From Podarcis bocagei (taxonomy: Eukaryota), in assembly GCA_964188305.1 (NCBI GenBank), contig OZ076889.1: 64,000 nucleotides of DNA. One strand, given 5' to 3'. The translations under genes were made by a program, and so were the position numbers. Of the stretch, positions 46,836 to 58,982 are shown piece by piece (position 1 is the first letter of the stretch; each line of letters begins with the position of its first letter). The notes beneath the pieces are model-generated. The model searched no databases. It saw only the letters and a list, made by a program, of their open reading frames with translations, and was not told the origin of the DNA.

Positions 46836-49179
46836 CCTTAGTACTTGGTAGCTGAGTACTTAGCATTAAGCAAGTTGTGTGATGTTTGTTTTTCAAGGGA
46901 GAAGTTGAATAGCATGGGTGGGCAGACATATGCAACACTGTACCTTGGCTGATTCTGCTTTGGCTGGACACCTACCACTATGTATCAAATCATGACATCT
47001 GCTCTCTCTCAGCCTTGGAATATCCTTACTGATTTAGCTCAAATTTCCTGACAAATGCTGCAACCCTGAACCCACAGAAACCTGTAAGTGACTGTTGAAG
47101 CCATTCAGCAGACAGATTTTAGTCCATGCCTGCTTCCTGCTGAAGCATAAAATCACGTTCTTACTCATTTCTTCCTGCTGCTGTTGTCACTGGCTTTTCT
47201 CCAATGGTTGTACTGCAAAAATAGTTGGTAGCAGGAAAGCACTAGATGCAATTCTTATCTGTTTCCCGTCTGTCTGTTTCTATGGGAACAGAAATTAGGT
47301 GCATGAGCAAATAGACTCCCTCAGCTGCTCCTGGTAGGTTGTGGTTCGCTTCCATTTTTATGGTTGCAAGCTCTGTTGAAAGATAATTTAAACTTGAGTT
47401 CCAGGAAAAAGAGTTTTAAGACTGTTAAGTTTCCAGGGTTCCTGTTGATAATGCAGGAGGTTTGAAGTAATGTTTGTGCCAGTCATATGTTTGACACTTT
47501 CTTACCCCCCACCGCCATTTAGTTATTTGTGAGCCTTGATTTTCTTCTAGCAGGTATGTTGCTTATCTCTAGGACCTGAAAGGGGATTCTGAGACACCAT
47601 ATTCACAATCTTCGTTATATAAATAGTTAGAAAGTGTTTCTCAAATGCACATTTCATAAGCGTAAGTTATGCATTTATAACTCTGAAACTATCAAAAGTG
47701 TGCAACTTAGTAAATGTAGTATAAATTTCTTTTAAATATACACCATTATGCTGCATGGAATTGTTGGCATAAGTGTTGGAGTAGTGAGCTGTAACCATTG
47801 CCACAAATCTGCACAACTACAAAGTTGAATGCAGGGCATTAGCCATGTATTATATATTTGATACCTTCATCCTCCTGCTTTTGCAGTCCAGACGAAAAGC
47901 AATGACAAGGTGTTCTTGTGACTACAAGATAGTCTTAGGTTTGGACTGGTGGCTTATAAATTGGAAAGGCCTTCATTAAAACGTAGTCTGATTGCAAGCT
48001 GTTGGTTGTCTTCTGTCTTTGCTCCGCAGCATGTGGATAATTTTGGTGCTCTAATTTGAAAGGCTGCCTGGCATTTTAGCCGAATTAGGTTGTTGAATTA
48101 TTCTCTCCTTGCATGAGTGCTGGTGCATAAGGTTAGAGCAGGGCTGAGCTTGCTGGCCCCACCCCATGCTCATGGAAGATACTCAGTAATGTGAGGCTGA
48201 TCAAGATGCTGCCAGAATTCCTAACTGAAGAAAATACAAATGCATCGTCTCTGCCATGAGTCCTCATTGGCCCAGGACTCACTCTTCCATGCAACCTCAC
48301 TGCAGCAAAAAGTTGTATCTAGAACTGTATATGCAACACTTGCAACATGTATGTGATCAAGTACAAATTACTTGATGAAATGAGGGGAGTGATAACAGCT
48401 CAAGAGCAGCTAGTAAGTCCTAACCAAACCACATGGGATCAAGGAGAGCATGTTTGAAGTTTCTTTCATGCAACAAGGCTTTCCCTTGCATCTGTTCCAC
48501 TGCAGTCAATTCCACTCCCCTACATGTAAGGGACCCTCTAGGATGGTGGGGGGATGTGACGCGGGGGCTGATCCTGGAGGATAGAGATTGAGGACGCCAC
48601 CCCACCGCCCTCAGCAGCAGAACTGTATTTTGCTTGTGAAAGAAATCATTTGGATCATAGCCATTATCTTGGATGTGTGGTTCATTTCTTGAAAGGCAGC
48701 CTTGGTTTGTTAGGGTGCTATTTATCAGAAGTGACTGTATTCCCACATGGCTGACTAAGCTTTGCTTGTGCTAGTTTTCTTCTAATTGTATTTCAGCTCT
48801 TGCAGGCTGAAGCATCATGACTTACACACAGCCTTGTTGGAAGGGGAGCTACATTGTTCTCCTGCAAATAACAAAACTGAATTACTTTAATAACAGGCTT
48901 TATTTGCTAAATAACTTGGAGGTTAAGAAGTCTAAAATAGAGGTGTTGGACTAATTATTGTAGTGTTCTTGTCACTAGCCAATTAATTCTTTCAAATAAT
49001 TTGCAGCTCTCTTATTTTTTAAGAAAGAATTGCCTTGCTGTAAGCTACATTGCTCCCACTTTACACTTTTGAAAGTTTTTGGCAGCTAGTCTCTCTTTCT
49101 TTTTGAACATTTGCTTACATTTCGTTATTGAATTAAGCAGAAGTTTAGTCATTCACTAGTTTTGCGGTACACTACCTAC

Positions 49180-50160
49180 TCATATAAAATATAATAAGCC
49201 ATAAGATGCCAGAAAAGCAATACAGAATGATCATAAAAATGACTGTCTCTTCTTAAGAAAAAATTAAACAACCATAAAGTCCTGTTGGCATAAAAAGGTC
49301 TTCAGAAGATGCCTGAACATTAGCAGCAAGGATGCCTGCCAAATCTCGGCTGAAAGAGTACTTGTGGTACTTGTGTACCAACAACCCTAAATCCCTGACT
49401 TCTAGCTGCAGCTAGTCAGATTTCTGAAACTAGGGACAACTAACAGCACTCCTCCATATTATCTTGGTGAAGGAGCATGGAATATAGGGCTCATGCTGCC
49501 CATGAGATATCCTAGACCCAGATTGTTCAGGTCTTTGTATATTAATACAAAAATATTGAGCTTGGACTGGTAGCCTATGGGCATCCAGTGCAGATGTTTT
49601 AGCCAACAGCATGTGACACCTCTGCTGTCTTCCTCTGTTAGCATGCTGCACTAGCTGAAGCTTTTGGACCAAGCCAAAGGGCAGGTCCACATAGAGCATG
49701 GGTAGGCAAACTAAGGCCCCGGGGCCGGATATGGCCCAATTGCGTTCTAAATCCGGCCCGCGGACAGTTCAGGAATCAGCATGTTTTTACATAAGTAGAA
49801 TGTGCCCTTTTATTTAAAATGCATCTCTGGGTTATTTGTGGGGCATAGGAATTTGTTCCTTTTGTCCCCCCTTCAAAATATAGTCTGGCCCCCCCAACAA
49901 GGTCTGAGGGACAGTGGACTGTAAAAGTTTCCTAATAGAGCATATTGCAGTACGGCAGTCTCAAGGTTGCTAATACATGGACTGCAGTGGCCAGACTATC
50001 CTGATGATGCACATGCAGCTGTTCCTGGAGTACAAGACAAAGCTGGTAAAAGGCATTCCTAGCCACAGAGGTCACTTGGGTATCTAATGACAAAGATGTA
50101 TTGAGGAATGCCCCCAAGCTACATACCTGCTTCTTCAGAGGGAACACAACCTGTCCAGAA
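49180..50160 (-). mobile_element. Decayed L2 LINE 3' portion, interrupted by a hAT MITE
   Basis: ORF remnants QVCSLGAFLNTSLSLDTQVTSVARNAFYQL...RLPYCNMLY, VDLPFGLVQKLQLVQ and LHWMPIGYQSKLNIFVLIYKDLNNLGLGYL are typical L2 ORF2. Confidence 0.85.
49697..49933 (+). mobile_element. hAT-Charlie/OC1-like MITE with damaged right end, nested in L2
   Basis: Same left end CATGGGTAGGCAAACTAAGGCCC as 63231. Flanked by ATAGAG on both sides (residual TSD). Confidence 0.85.
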
Positions 50161-50576
50161 CAAGCAATTGGTCTATCTTCAAGACCTTAAATGAAAGCTG
50201 ATTTTTATTTTTTTACAAAGCTGATCTCTGTGGCTAATACCCAAGTAAGCCATAGTTGGAGTAGGTTTTTTTGAAATCAGTAGATTTCAGTTACTTTAGA
50301 CCATTGATTTCAGTGGGTCTACTTTGAGTATGTCTCATGTTGGATATGAAAGCCTGCCATTTGCTTTTTCTGTGCTGTGTTGCAGAATCATGGCACACAC
50401 AGTATCAGTCTCATTAAGCAATCTTTTAAAGCCCTTTGTACTGTGTAGTGGAAAAAGCTCAACGTTCAGTGTCTCAAAGTAGCTATTTGTTACCACTTGA
50501 GGGCAGTAGATTTCTTTTTTTGGCATTCTCTAAAAATTCTGTTTAACCCTCATTCCTCCTCTATGGATGGAACAAA

Positions 50577-52128
50577 CAGGTGAAACTCGGAAAATTAGAA
50601 TATCGTGGAAAAGTTCATTTATTTCAGTAATTCAACTTAAAAGGTGAAACTAATATATGAGATAGACTCATGACATGCAAAGCAATATATGTCAAGCCTT
50701 TTGTTTGTTATAATTGTGATATTATGGCATACAGCTAATGAAAACCCCAAATTAACAATCTCAGAAAATTAGAATATTAAATGAAATCAGCAAAACAAGG
50801 ATTGCAAATAGAGCAATATTGGACCTCTGAGAAGTAGAAGCATGCATATGTACTCAGTACTTGGTTTTCCATCAATTACTGCCTCAGTGTGGCGTGGCAT
50901 GGATGCTATCAGCCTGTGGCACTGCTGCAGTGTTATGGAAGACCAGAATGCTTCAGTAGCAGCCTTCAGCTCTTCTGCATTGCTCGGTCTCATGTCTCTC
51001 ATCTTTCTCTTGGCAATGTCCCATAGATTCTCTATGGGATTCAGGTCAGGAGAGTTTGTTGGCCAATCAAGCACAGTAATCCCATGGGCACTGAACCAGG
51101 TTTTGGTACTTTTGGTAGTGTGGGCAGGTTGCAAGTCCTGCTGGAAAATGAAGTCAGCATCCTCATAAAGCTTGTCTGTGGAAGGAAGCATGAAGTGCTC
51201 CAAAATCTCCTGGTAGACGGCTGCGTTGATCCTGGACTTAATGAAGCACAGTGGAACAACACCAGCTGATGACATAGCTCCCCAAATCAACACAGACTGT
51301 GGAAACTTCACACTGGACTTCAAGCATCTGGCATTGTGTGCCCCCCCATTCTTCCTCCAGACTCTGGGTCCTTGGTTTCCAAATGAGATGCAAAAGTTGC
51401 TCTCATCAGAAAAGAGGACTTGGGACCACTGAGCAACAGACCAGTTCTTTTTTTCTTCAGCCCAGAGAAGACACTTCTGACGTTGTTTCTTGACAAGAGG
51501 AATACGACATTTGAAGCCCATCTCCAGGATCCGTCTGGGTGTGGTGGCTCTTGATGCACTAACTCCAGCCTTAGTCCACTCCTTGTGAAAGTCCCCAACA
51601 CTTTTGAACGGTCTTTTCCTGACAATCCTCTCCAGGCTGCGGTCATCCCTGCTGCTTGTGCACCTTTTTCTTCCACACTTTTCCCTTCTGCATAACTTTC
51701 CATTAATGCGCTTCGATACAGCACTTTGGGAACATCCAACTTCTTCTGCAATTACCTTTTGAGGCTTTCCCTCCTTCTGGAGGGTCTCAGTGATGACTTT
51801 CTGAACAACTGTCAGGTCAGCAGCTTTCCCCATGATTGTGCTTCCTACTGAACCAGACTGAGAGACCATTTAAAGGCTCAGGAACCCCTTGCAGGTGTTA
51901 TGGATTGAATAGCTACTGCACCTTTTCACAATATTCTAATTTTCTGAGATTGTTAATTTGGGGTTTTCATCAGCTGTACCCCATAATCATCACAATAACA
52001 AATAAAGGCTTGACATATCTCGCTTTGCATGCCATGAGTCTATCTCATATATTAGTTTCACCTTTTAAGTTGAATTACTGAAATAAATGAAGTTTTCCAC
52101 GATATTCTGATTTTCCGAGTTTCACCTG
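50577..52128 (-). mobile_element. Near full-length Tc1 transposon (IR/DR type, about 200-bp TIRs)
   Basis: CAGGTGAAACTCGGAAAATTAGAATATCG ... CGATATTCTGATTTTCCGAGTTTCACCTG|TA. Each TIR has inner and outer CTC(G/A)GAAAAT(T/C)AGAATAT repeats. The left flank reads AA rather than TA. Confidence 0.96.
50787..51833 (-). CDS. Tc1 DD34E transposase, open frame with apparent lesions
   Basis: MGKAADL... with N-terminal HTH region, then VLFSDES, FIFQQD and SPDLNPIENLW, with 34 residues between the second D and the E. An upstream in-frame ATG lies at 51869. Confidence 0.9.
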   Translation of the reverse strand: MGKAADLTVVQKVITETLQKEGKPQKVIAEEVGCSQSAVSKRINGKLCRREKCGRKRCTSSRDDRSLERIVRKRPFKSVGDFHKEWTKAGVSASRATTPRRILEMGFKCRIPLVKKQRQKCLLWAEEKKNWSVAQWSQVLFSDESNFCISFGNQGPRVWRKNGGAHNARCLKSSVKFPQSVLIWGAMSSAGVVPLCFIKSRINAAVYQEILEHFMLPSTDKLYEDADFIFQQDLQPAHTTKSTKTWFSAHGITVLDWPTNSPDLNPIENLWDIAKRKMRDMRPSNAEELKAATEAFWSSITLQQCHRLIASMPRHTEAVIDGKPSTEYICMLLLLRGPILLYLQSLFC

Positions 52129-53264
52129 TAAATATGTGTGAAGCAGTATGAAATGATGTTCTTTTTGCTTACTTTTCTGCGCTGCAGCTTTGATTACTAA
52201 TGTAACGTTCTTGCTTTCCTACCTTTGGAATAAAACATCATGACATTATTCTTCTATCTACCTGTCTTTCAGGGACTTTTCAAGATTTTTTTCAGTATTC
52301 CAAACTGAAAAGATAAATTGGAGGCAGAGTAGTTTTGAATGACTCCACATTATTATAGTACACATTGCACTTTGCTTTTTAAAGTAATCTGCTTTCCTTT
52401 AATGGAACAGAAACATATTTTCTTGTTTCAACCCTGACCACCTCCTGCACATTAAAAAAATGTGCCCCTTCTCCCCCAAATAGTTTTCTTTACTTTGCTA
52501 CTCCTTGCTTGTGGTAAACTTCAGTTTCCTGAATTACAGTAGGGCCTCAACCTAAACGCTTAATAATCAAAGTACTTACAAACTAAGCTTTTGCCATCAC
52601 CAGGGATTACGTCCCCCAATCTTTACACTGAAATGTTGTTTTGAATACTGGATGATATGTTTAAAGACCACTGGCTCTCTATTTTGATGCCTTCCTGAGG
52701 CCAGAGCCATCTCAGGAGGTGCAAGATGCAAATAGTAATTAGTTCCATTTGACAACCTAGCTATGTTCCTTATTAGGATTTTTTTTCATGGAAACCTTTT
52801 ACTGCATTTGAAAATGTTCCACTACAGCCCTGGGCTGTTGGTGTTGATCACAGATGTGTTTTGATTTACTTGTGTGGTGGCTGTGGGAGGGCTGGACAGA
52901 GACCAGTATGTAACCAGGACAGTTCAACAGCTGGATCTGCTTGCTATTTCTTGAAGATTGTGCTATGTCCACAGTCCTATTAGAGATTTGCTGTGCTTCT
53001 GCTTAATCTGGTTTTATTGTTGCTCTTAATCCACACTTTCTATACTTTCCTTATTGGGTAATGTTGGAAATATGTAATGTTTCTTTAAAATTTGTATACA
53101 TTATTATCAATACTTGAATCCCCAAATAAAAGGAAGAGGTGATAGACTATGTAATAAATAAATGGAATATATATGAAGATTCTCAATACTGAAAAACATA
53201 GATACACATTTACTATTTTTGCTTGGCAGCACCAACACTCTGAAATCCCTTGCTTACTGACATT

Positions 53265-53500
53265 AGGCAGGCACCTTCACTATGTTATTTTCAGTGCCAG
53301 CTAAAAACCTTTTTGTTTGGTCAAGCCTACTCAGAAAAGTAAAGCTGTCATGCATTTTCATGTGTAATTTTATTTTATAATGTATATTTCAAACTGCTGA
53401 TTTGATCTAAGTTTCATAATTTTTTTAGGTTAACTTGTTTTTATCTCTCTCTCCCTAGTAAGCCGTTTAGAAGTTTTTATGATTAAGCGGTATACAAATT
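53265..53500 (+). mobile_element. Decayed L2 3' end
   Basis: aggcaggcaccttcact...ctaaaaacctttttgttt...gtaagccgtttag...aagcggtatacaaat. Confidence 0.55.
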
Positions 53501-53879
53501 ACATATTATAAAGTATGTGTGTTGGTTTTGTAGATCTTATTCAAATTATGTGGCATTAAATAATACCCCCCTTTCAAATTTGTGCAAATAGGTTTTGTTG
53601 GTTCTAGAATATAAATAAACATCTTATGCTGACTGTTCTTGCAATTGGAATTAAAATGATTTCTGTTTTTGTAAAACTTTTATTATTAGTAACTGGTAAA
53701 TTAAAGGCAATGATTCTTTAGCTTTGGTAGTTGAGATCTGTTTTGCAAATTCAGAAATTGTGTGCTTCATTTGCTTTGATACATTTTTTTTTAAAGTAAC
53801 AAATAAAAATTGCCATTTCATTTTTCAAAATACTGAATAACCACAAGATCATCAGTCTTTAATGGGCACTTCAGAAGCT

Positions 53880-53923
53880 CAGTGAGTAACGTTGGGTACA
53901 GTGAGTAACGTTGGGTACAGTGA
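53880..53923. repeat. Perfect 19-bp tandem duplication CAGTGAGTAACGTTGGGTA
   Basis: Two exact units plus CAGTGA. Confidence 0.95.
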
Positions 53924-55346
53924 TCTTGAATCTGTATTCAGTAACACTGGGAGTCAAGATTGTGCAAATAGCAGTCCTAAATAATTTCTGAAAAATTAGC
54001 AGAAAAGGGGACAGGGCAGCCTGGCAATTTCAGAAATATATTTCAAGGAATGAATGGAGAAACTTTAGGATATGTTCAATTCAGTCTTCAAAATTAAACA
54101 GTTATGCAATTCATTGATGGTATGAACAGGAATATCATGAGAAAGGACTTTGTTACATATTTTCTGTTTGTTCTGCAATTGCTGTAAGCAAAAGGCTCTT
54201 AACTATAAATGACTTTTTAAATTTAATATGGTTCTAATTTGTTTATTGATGATGATTTGATGCACTTGGTATAAAGCTTTTTTGGTTAGACACTTTGCAT
54301 ATTTTGGGGGATAATCAACCCATGTGTCACTGTCATTGATAGTGTGATACCCAGTTCCCATATTACACTGTCCACATGGAAGAAAGTCTCTTCTGAGTTC
54401 AGTGCATATAGTGGTTACTTACAATGTTTCCTGAAATAAACAAGGAATTGGAGCCTGAAAAAGGGCAAATGAGCTCTCTTGTTTAATATATTTATATCCA
54501 TGCATACTGGACTGTGCATGCTGGGACTCTAACCTCTGCATTCTGGAGTCATATATCTTGGGAGCTTTTATCCAAGAAGCAAATAGATTTAAATAAAAAG
54601 GAAAGATGTCCACTTATTTTCCACCCTGACTGCCCACAGAAATCTGGGTTGTTTTACTCTGTTCTCTTTTTTCAATCAGTGTTGTAAGTACTTTACAAAT
54701 TCAGCATTTGTTTCCAGTTTTCCCCTCCTGAGTCACCCTCAAATGCACTTAAGGTTTTTGCCTCATACTGGCTTAACCAAACAAATAAATATTTGTCATA
54801 TGGACTTATTCAGTATTAAACAGTTATTGGCATGATTTTCAACTGCTGTCCCAAGTGCATACCTTCAGTTCCTTTAGAGAGTTTATTTACTATACATTAG
54901 GCATAAATGCCTGATTGGTAATGAAAGGTAAGAGGAGAAGCCTTGGCAACAAAAGCTTGGAAACTTTTCTTTGAGCCTAAACACAGATTTCAAGTGCCCG
55001 TAGCCTGTGATTCTGTGCATACTTAGGAGGATGCACAGATTGTGTCTTGTTTGGAGGGAAACAAAGCACAAGTGCTGGGTTGCATGTATTGCTAATCCAT
55101 CTGCTCCAGGGTTTGTTTCCCTATTTGACTAAGATCGGAGTCAAGAGGGAGAGCTTGAGCTGCATGTGCCAGTACACAGCTTATGGACAGCATGGTTAAA
55201 CAAGCCATAGCTTGTGCCTTAGCACTGTATCAAAATGTGGCCCCTGTCATTTCGGAGTTCTTTTTCTGAATTATTCTTAAAGTATTTCTGCCAGAATCAA
55301 TTATGCTTATTAAATACATTTATTGAAGGCTAAATTCACATGCACA

Positions 55347-55527
55347 AGGGACGTTTCCGTGTGCTGCGCTGGTGCAGGCTCGCCAGAGCAGCTTTGTCAC
55401 GCTGGCCACGTGACACGGAAGTGTCTTCGGACAGCGCTGGCTCCTGGGCTCTTAAGCGAGATGAGCGCGCAACCCCAGAGTCGGTCACAACTGGCCTGTA
55501 CGGGCAGGGGTACCTTTACCTTTACTT
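55347..55527 (+). mobile_element. 5'-truncated Sauria SINE (variant diverged from the 8718 copy)
   Basis: Shares GCTGGCCAC(A/G)TGAC, GAGATGAGC...GCAACCCCAGAGTCG and the (ACCTTT)n tail. 16-bp TSD TAAATTCACATGCACA (55331-55346 and 55528-55543). Confidence 0.9.
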
Positions 55528-55675
55528 TAAATTCACATGCACATAAAGTTGGATGGGCAACTTTTTTGGCCCTGAGGGCCAGAGATAGTGGTGGTAGATC
55601 AGGGACCACACACTCATTTGCACACGTACACACAGACACACTCATTCCCCATAACCTTCCCCCTCCCCACCAATG

Positions 55676-55694
55676 TCTCTCTCTCTCTCTCTCA

Positions 55695-55729
<35 letters not shown>
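55676..55729. repeat. Compound (CT)n(CA)n microsatellite
   Basis: Read directly. Confidence 0.95.
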
Positions 55730-55730
<1 letters not shown>

Positions 55731-55800
55731 AAACACAAACACACTTTTATCTCAGCATGAGAGGAGACATGCAATGGTATTTTTTAAAAAAATCCATATA

Positions 55801-56017
55801 CAGTTGTACCTTGGAAGTCGAACGGAATCCATTCCGGAAGTCCATTCAACTTCCAAAACATTTGGAAACATTGGCTCCTTCAGCTAATCGGAAACCGCAG
55901 AAGCCCCATCGGCTTCCAAAAGAATGTTTGAAAACTGGAACACTCACTTCTGGGTTTCGATTGTTTGGGAGCGGGAACGTTTGACTCCCAAGGCGTTTGG
56001 GATCCAAGGTATGACTG
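55801..56017. mobile_element. Tigger/pogo-like MITE
   Basis: TA|CAGTTGTACCTTGGA ... TCCAAGGTATGACTG|TA. Confidence 0.85.
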
Positions 56018-58963
56018 TATCCCTTTATCTCCCCACTCTACTCCCTATCTCTGGCAAGTGCTTCCTTCTGCTTTCCCTCGTTTGGATTGTCTTTCTCCAC
56101 TGCAGTGCTGAGTTCCATTCTGATCTTGCTGACTCTTGCTACATCTTGCTGTTGTCTTTCTTCTCTTTTGATCATTGAGTGTGCAAGGTAAAGTGTTGTA
56201 TAGATGCTCTACCTGGCACATCTATGGTTGGAGGAAGCAAAGAGTAGGGTAGACAGAGGTGGCAACGTTGGCTCAGTTCTGTAAGGGAGGGGTGTTTTCT
56301 TTGGTTGTGTTTTTTTAAGTAATGGGTGGTTAGCAAAAGTGAAGTTGCTTTGGTGGCAGGGACGGTACCAAATGCAGCTGTGGCCATGGCAAATTTAGTG
56401 GCAGAGGCGGTGGGTAAATTTGACAGCAGTAGAAAACTGAGAGGCATCCAGCTGGCCACATGGGGCAGGGGGACAACTATACGTAGCTTGTGTTTTGCTC
56501 TTTGTGGTGTAAATGTATTATATATTTTTATTGGGGATATTCAGGATGATGTGTCGCCTTCTGGATTGTTCACATATTTGATGGGTTCATTTTTAGAGAA
56601 GTCATGGGACTATCCCAGAGTTATCGTGACCTTTTGTCATGGATGAATGTATACTGGGAAGGAATATATTTTATATTGACACTTGGCAGAAACAAGCATT
56701 TCAGAAATAGGGATCCTTTAAATAGAAATATGTACTCCATGTTCCTTCACTTTCACTCATCTTTTTGTGTGAATAGTACAGGAGTTTGTTTTCAAAACCT
56801 GCCTACTTGATTATGGATGTAAAATCCAGATTTCTTTGGAATTACCCATTTCTGAGTAAGGTGAACACTCAGCTCTGAATAAAGATACTCTGCTTAATGA
56901 AAACAGATAGTGATTTTCAGCAAATCTGCTCTTGAAAGTTCAAGAAATTTCAAACTGCTAATCTTAAGCAGTGTTACTGGACTCTTGCTCCATGACCTCA
57001 AAGCCACTTTGCACATATGTACACTGAAAATTATTTACATACATGTAACATTGGTTACATTGTGCCAGGGAGTTGGAGATTTAGCCACTGTTCCTTGCCA
57101 CATGTAGATTTGATAGGAAATGTCCTGGCTCCCACCCAACACATACAGACAGAAGTTATTACTTGCATGTAAGAAATAGATATTTATTCTGGCAAAGTAA
57201 TGTTACTGACTTGTCATGATTCAGGAGTTCAGGAGCAGGGCAAGAAGTTCAGAACTAGGTCGAAGGTGATGAAGATGTCCCATCAAGGTTCCACTTTCCT
57301 CCTGCCAAGCTTTTAAAGACAAGGCATGGCATGTTCCCTTGTGAGATTCTCTCACTTGTGGGAATGCCAAAATTGAAAACTCATGCTCTCTCAAGACAAG
57401 AGGGTCTGATCTCACCAAAGGGGGTGCTTCGTTCTAGGCAACAAGATTGCACCTTCCTATTCTGATTCTGCTTTAGTTGTTGCTGTCTCCGGTTCAGCCT
57501 CCCTCCTCAGCTGATCAAAATCCTCTCTAGCCTCCACTGAGGCTCAGCATTCCACAGGAATGTCAGCGGGGAGAGCCATCATCTCTGCTCCCCTTTCCAA
57601 AGGTTGGGGTAGAAAGATGAGCTCCCCATCTTCTCCAACCTACGTTCCTACAATTCAGCCCCTGCTTCCCATTTCTTCCTTATTTCTCGGAATCTACCAA
57701 CTCAAACCTGATCCGGACAGTGCTGCAGGACTCATGACAGCAAAGAATGCATGATGTGGCCCTAAAACTAAGTGTAAAAGGAAAGTAAGTAAGAGTTTTG
57801 TCCAACTAAATAATTACACATGTGGAATGACTTCTCGCACAATGGAACTTTCCTGCTTTCCCCCCATATACTCCCAAGAGTTGGGGAACTCCCAGACCTG
57901 ATCTGGGGGTGCCTGGGGAGGGGAGAGGTAGAAGAAGTTCCATTTTATATGTGGAAGTCCTTCCACTTGTGCTCAGTGATTTAGTCGGGCACAACCCTAA
58001 GTAGCGACATTTAAAAAATGAAGGACATTAGCAAATGTTGGATATTCAGTGAATTTTTAAAAGCAGTTCCTTCATGCAATTAGTTTTTCTCTTTCTTCTC
58101 TATAGTTAACGGGGGGAAATATAATTGTTCATAAAGTTTACATAGGTTAGGTCTGGCAAAGGCGAACAACTTCATAGCCCAGTTGCAGGACTAAATGAAA
58201 TGAGAAACCAACTTGATAGGCGGCAGTGTACCTCTTAGAAGCTGTTGCATGCTTTAAAGTTTCATATTTACTTTTATGCTCCTCCCAGCAATATATTTTG
58301 CTTATTGTCAAAGAGGACTTCTGCCTGCTTAACACTAATACAGTATTCAGGGTTAGAGACTTAAGTGAAAATTGAGAGGAAAGGACTTCAGAACTGAATA
58401 TTGAACATAAAAGACCTGCTTCTGAAGTTAATTATTTGCTCACCCAAGAACAAACATTTCACATAAGGGTTAAATCCAGCATTTCCACAAGCAAAATTCT
58501 GCTCCTGGGATGCTTCTGCTGGCAAATAATTTTCATGGTTTCCCCGTATAGTTGTGGGGACACTCTGGAACAGTGTGGGAGATGGTGAGGAGGCTGCAAA
58601 AGAAAAGTTGTCTATGAAAATGGCCTGTCCCCATTCCCCCCAGTGGGAGTCTTTGCTGGATTGCAGTCCCATCCATGAACAGAAGGAGCCCTTCTGTTCA
58701 TAGAAAGGCAATTCAGGATCCAGTCCGATGTTAGTTGGCTTTGTGTGTACCAGTTGCATAAATGTGTTCCAGATTAGGTTTGCCTCTACATAGACATCTT
58801 ATAGTCTAAATTCATTGTGATGATGTCACTTCATTCCAAGAGATTAAAGCCCACTAATGTTACCCTCGGAATATTTATGTTGGAGAGTGTGCCCTATGAG
58901 AAATTGATGTTTTATAGCTTTTGAAGGCAAAAAGAGAGCAAGTGCGTAGCTATTTGTTCCTTA

Positions 58964-58982
58964 TGCCAGTAGAGGGCACTGC
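58964..58982 (+). promoter_or_regulatory. Candidate CTCF site
   Basis: TGCCAGTAGAGGGCACTGC fits the CTCF core CCASYAGRKGGCRS. Confidence 0.55.

Noticed and set aside
48540-48620. Small GC/CpG patch as an alternative promoter
   Set aside because: Too short, with no supporting motif cluster or clear donor.
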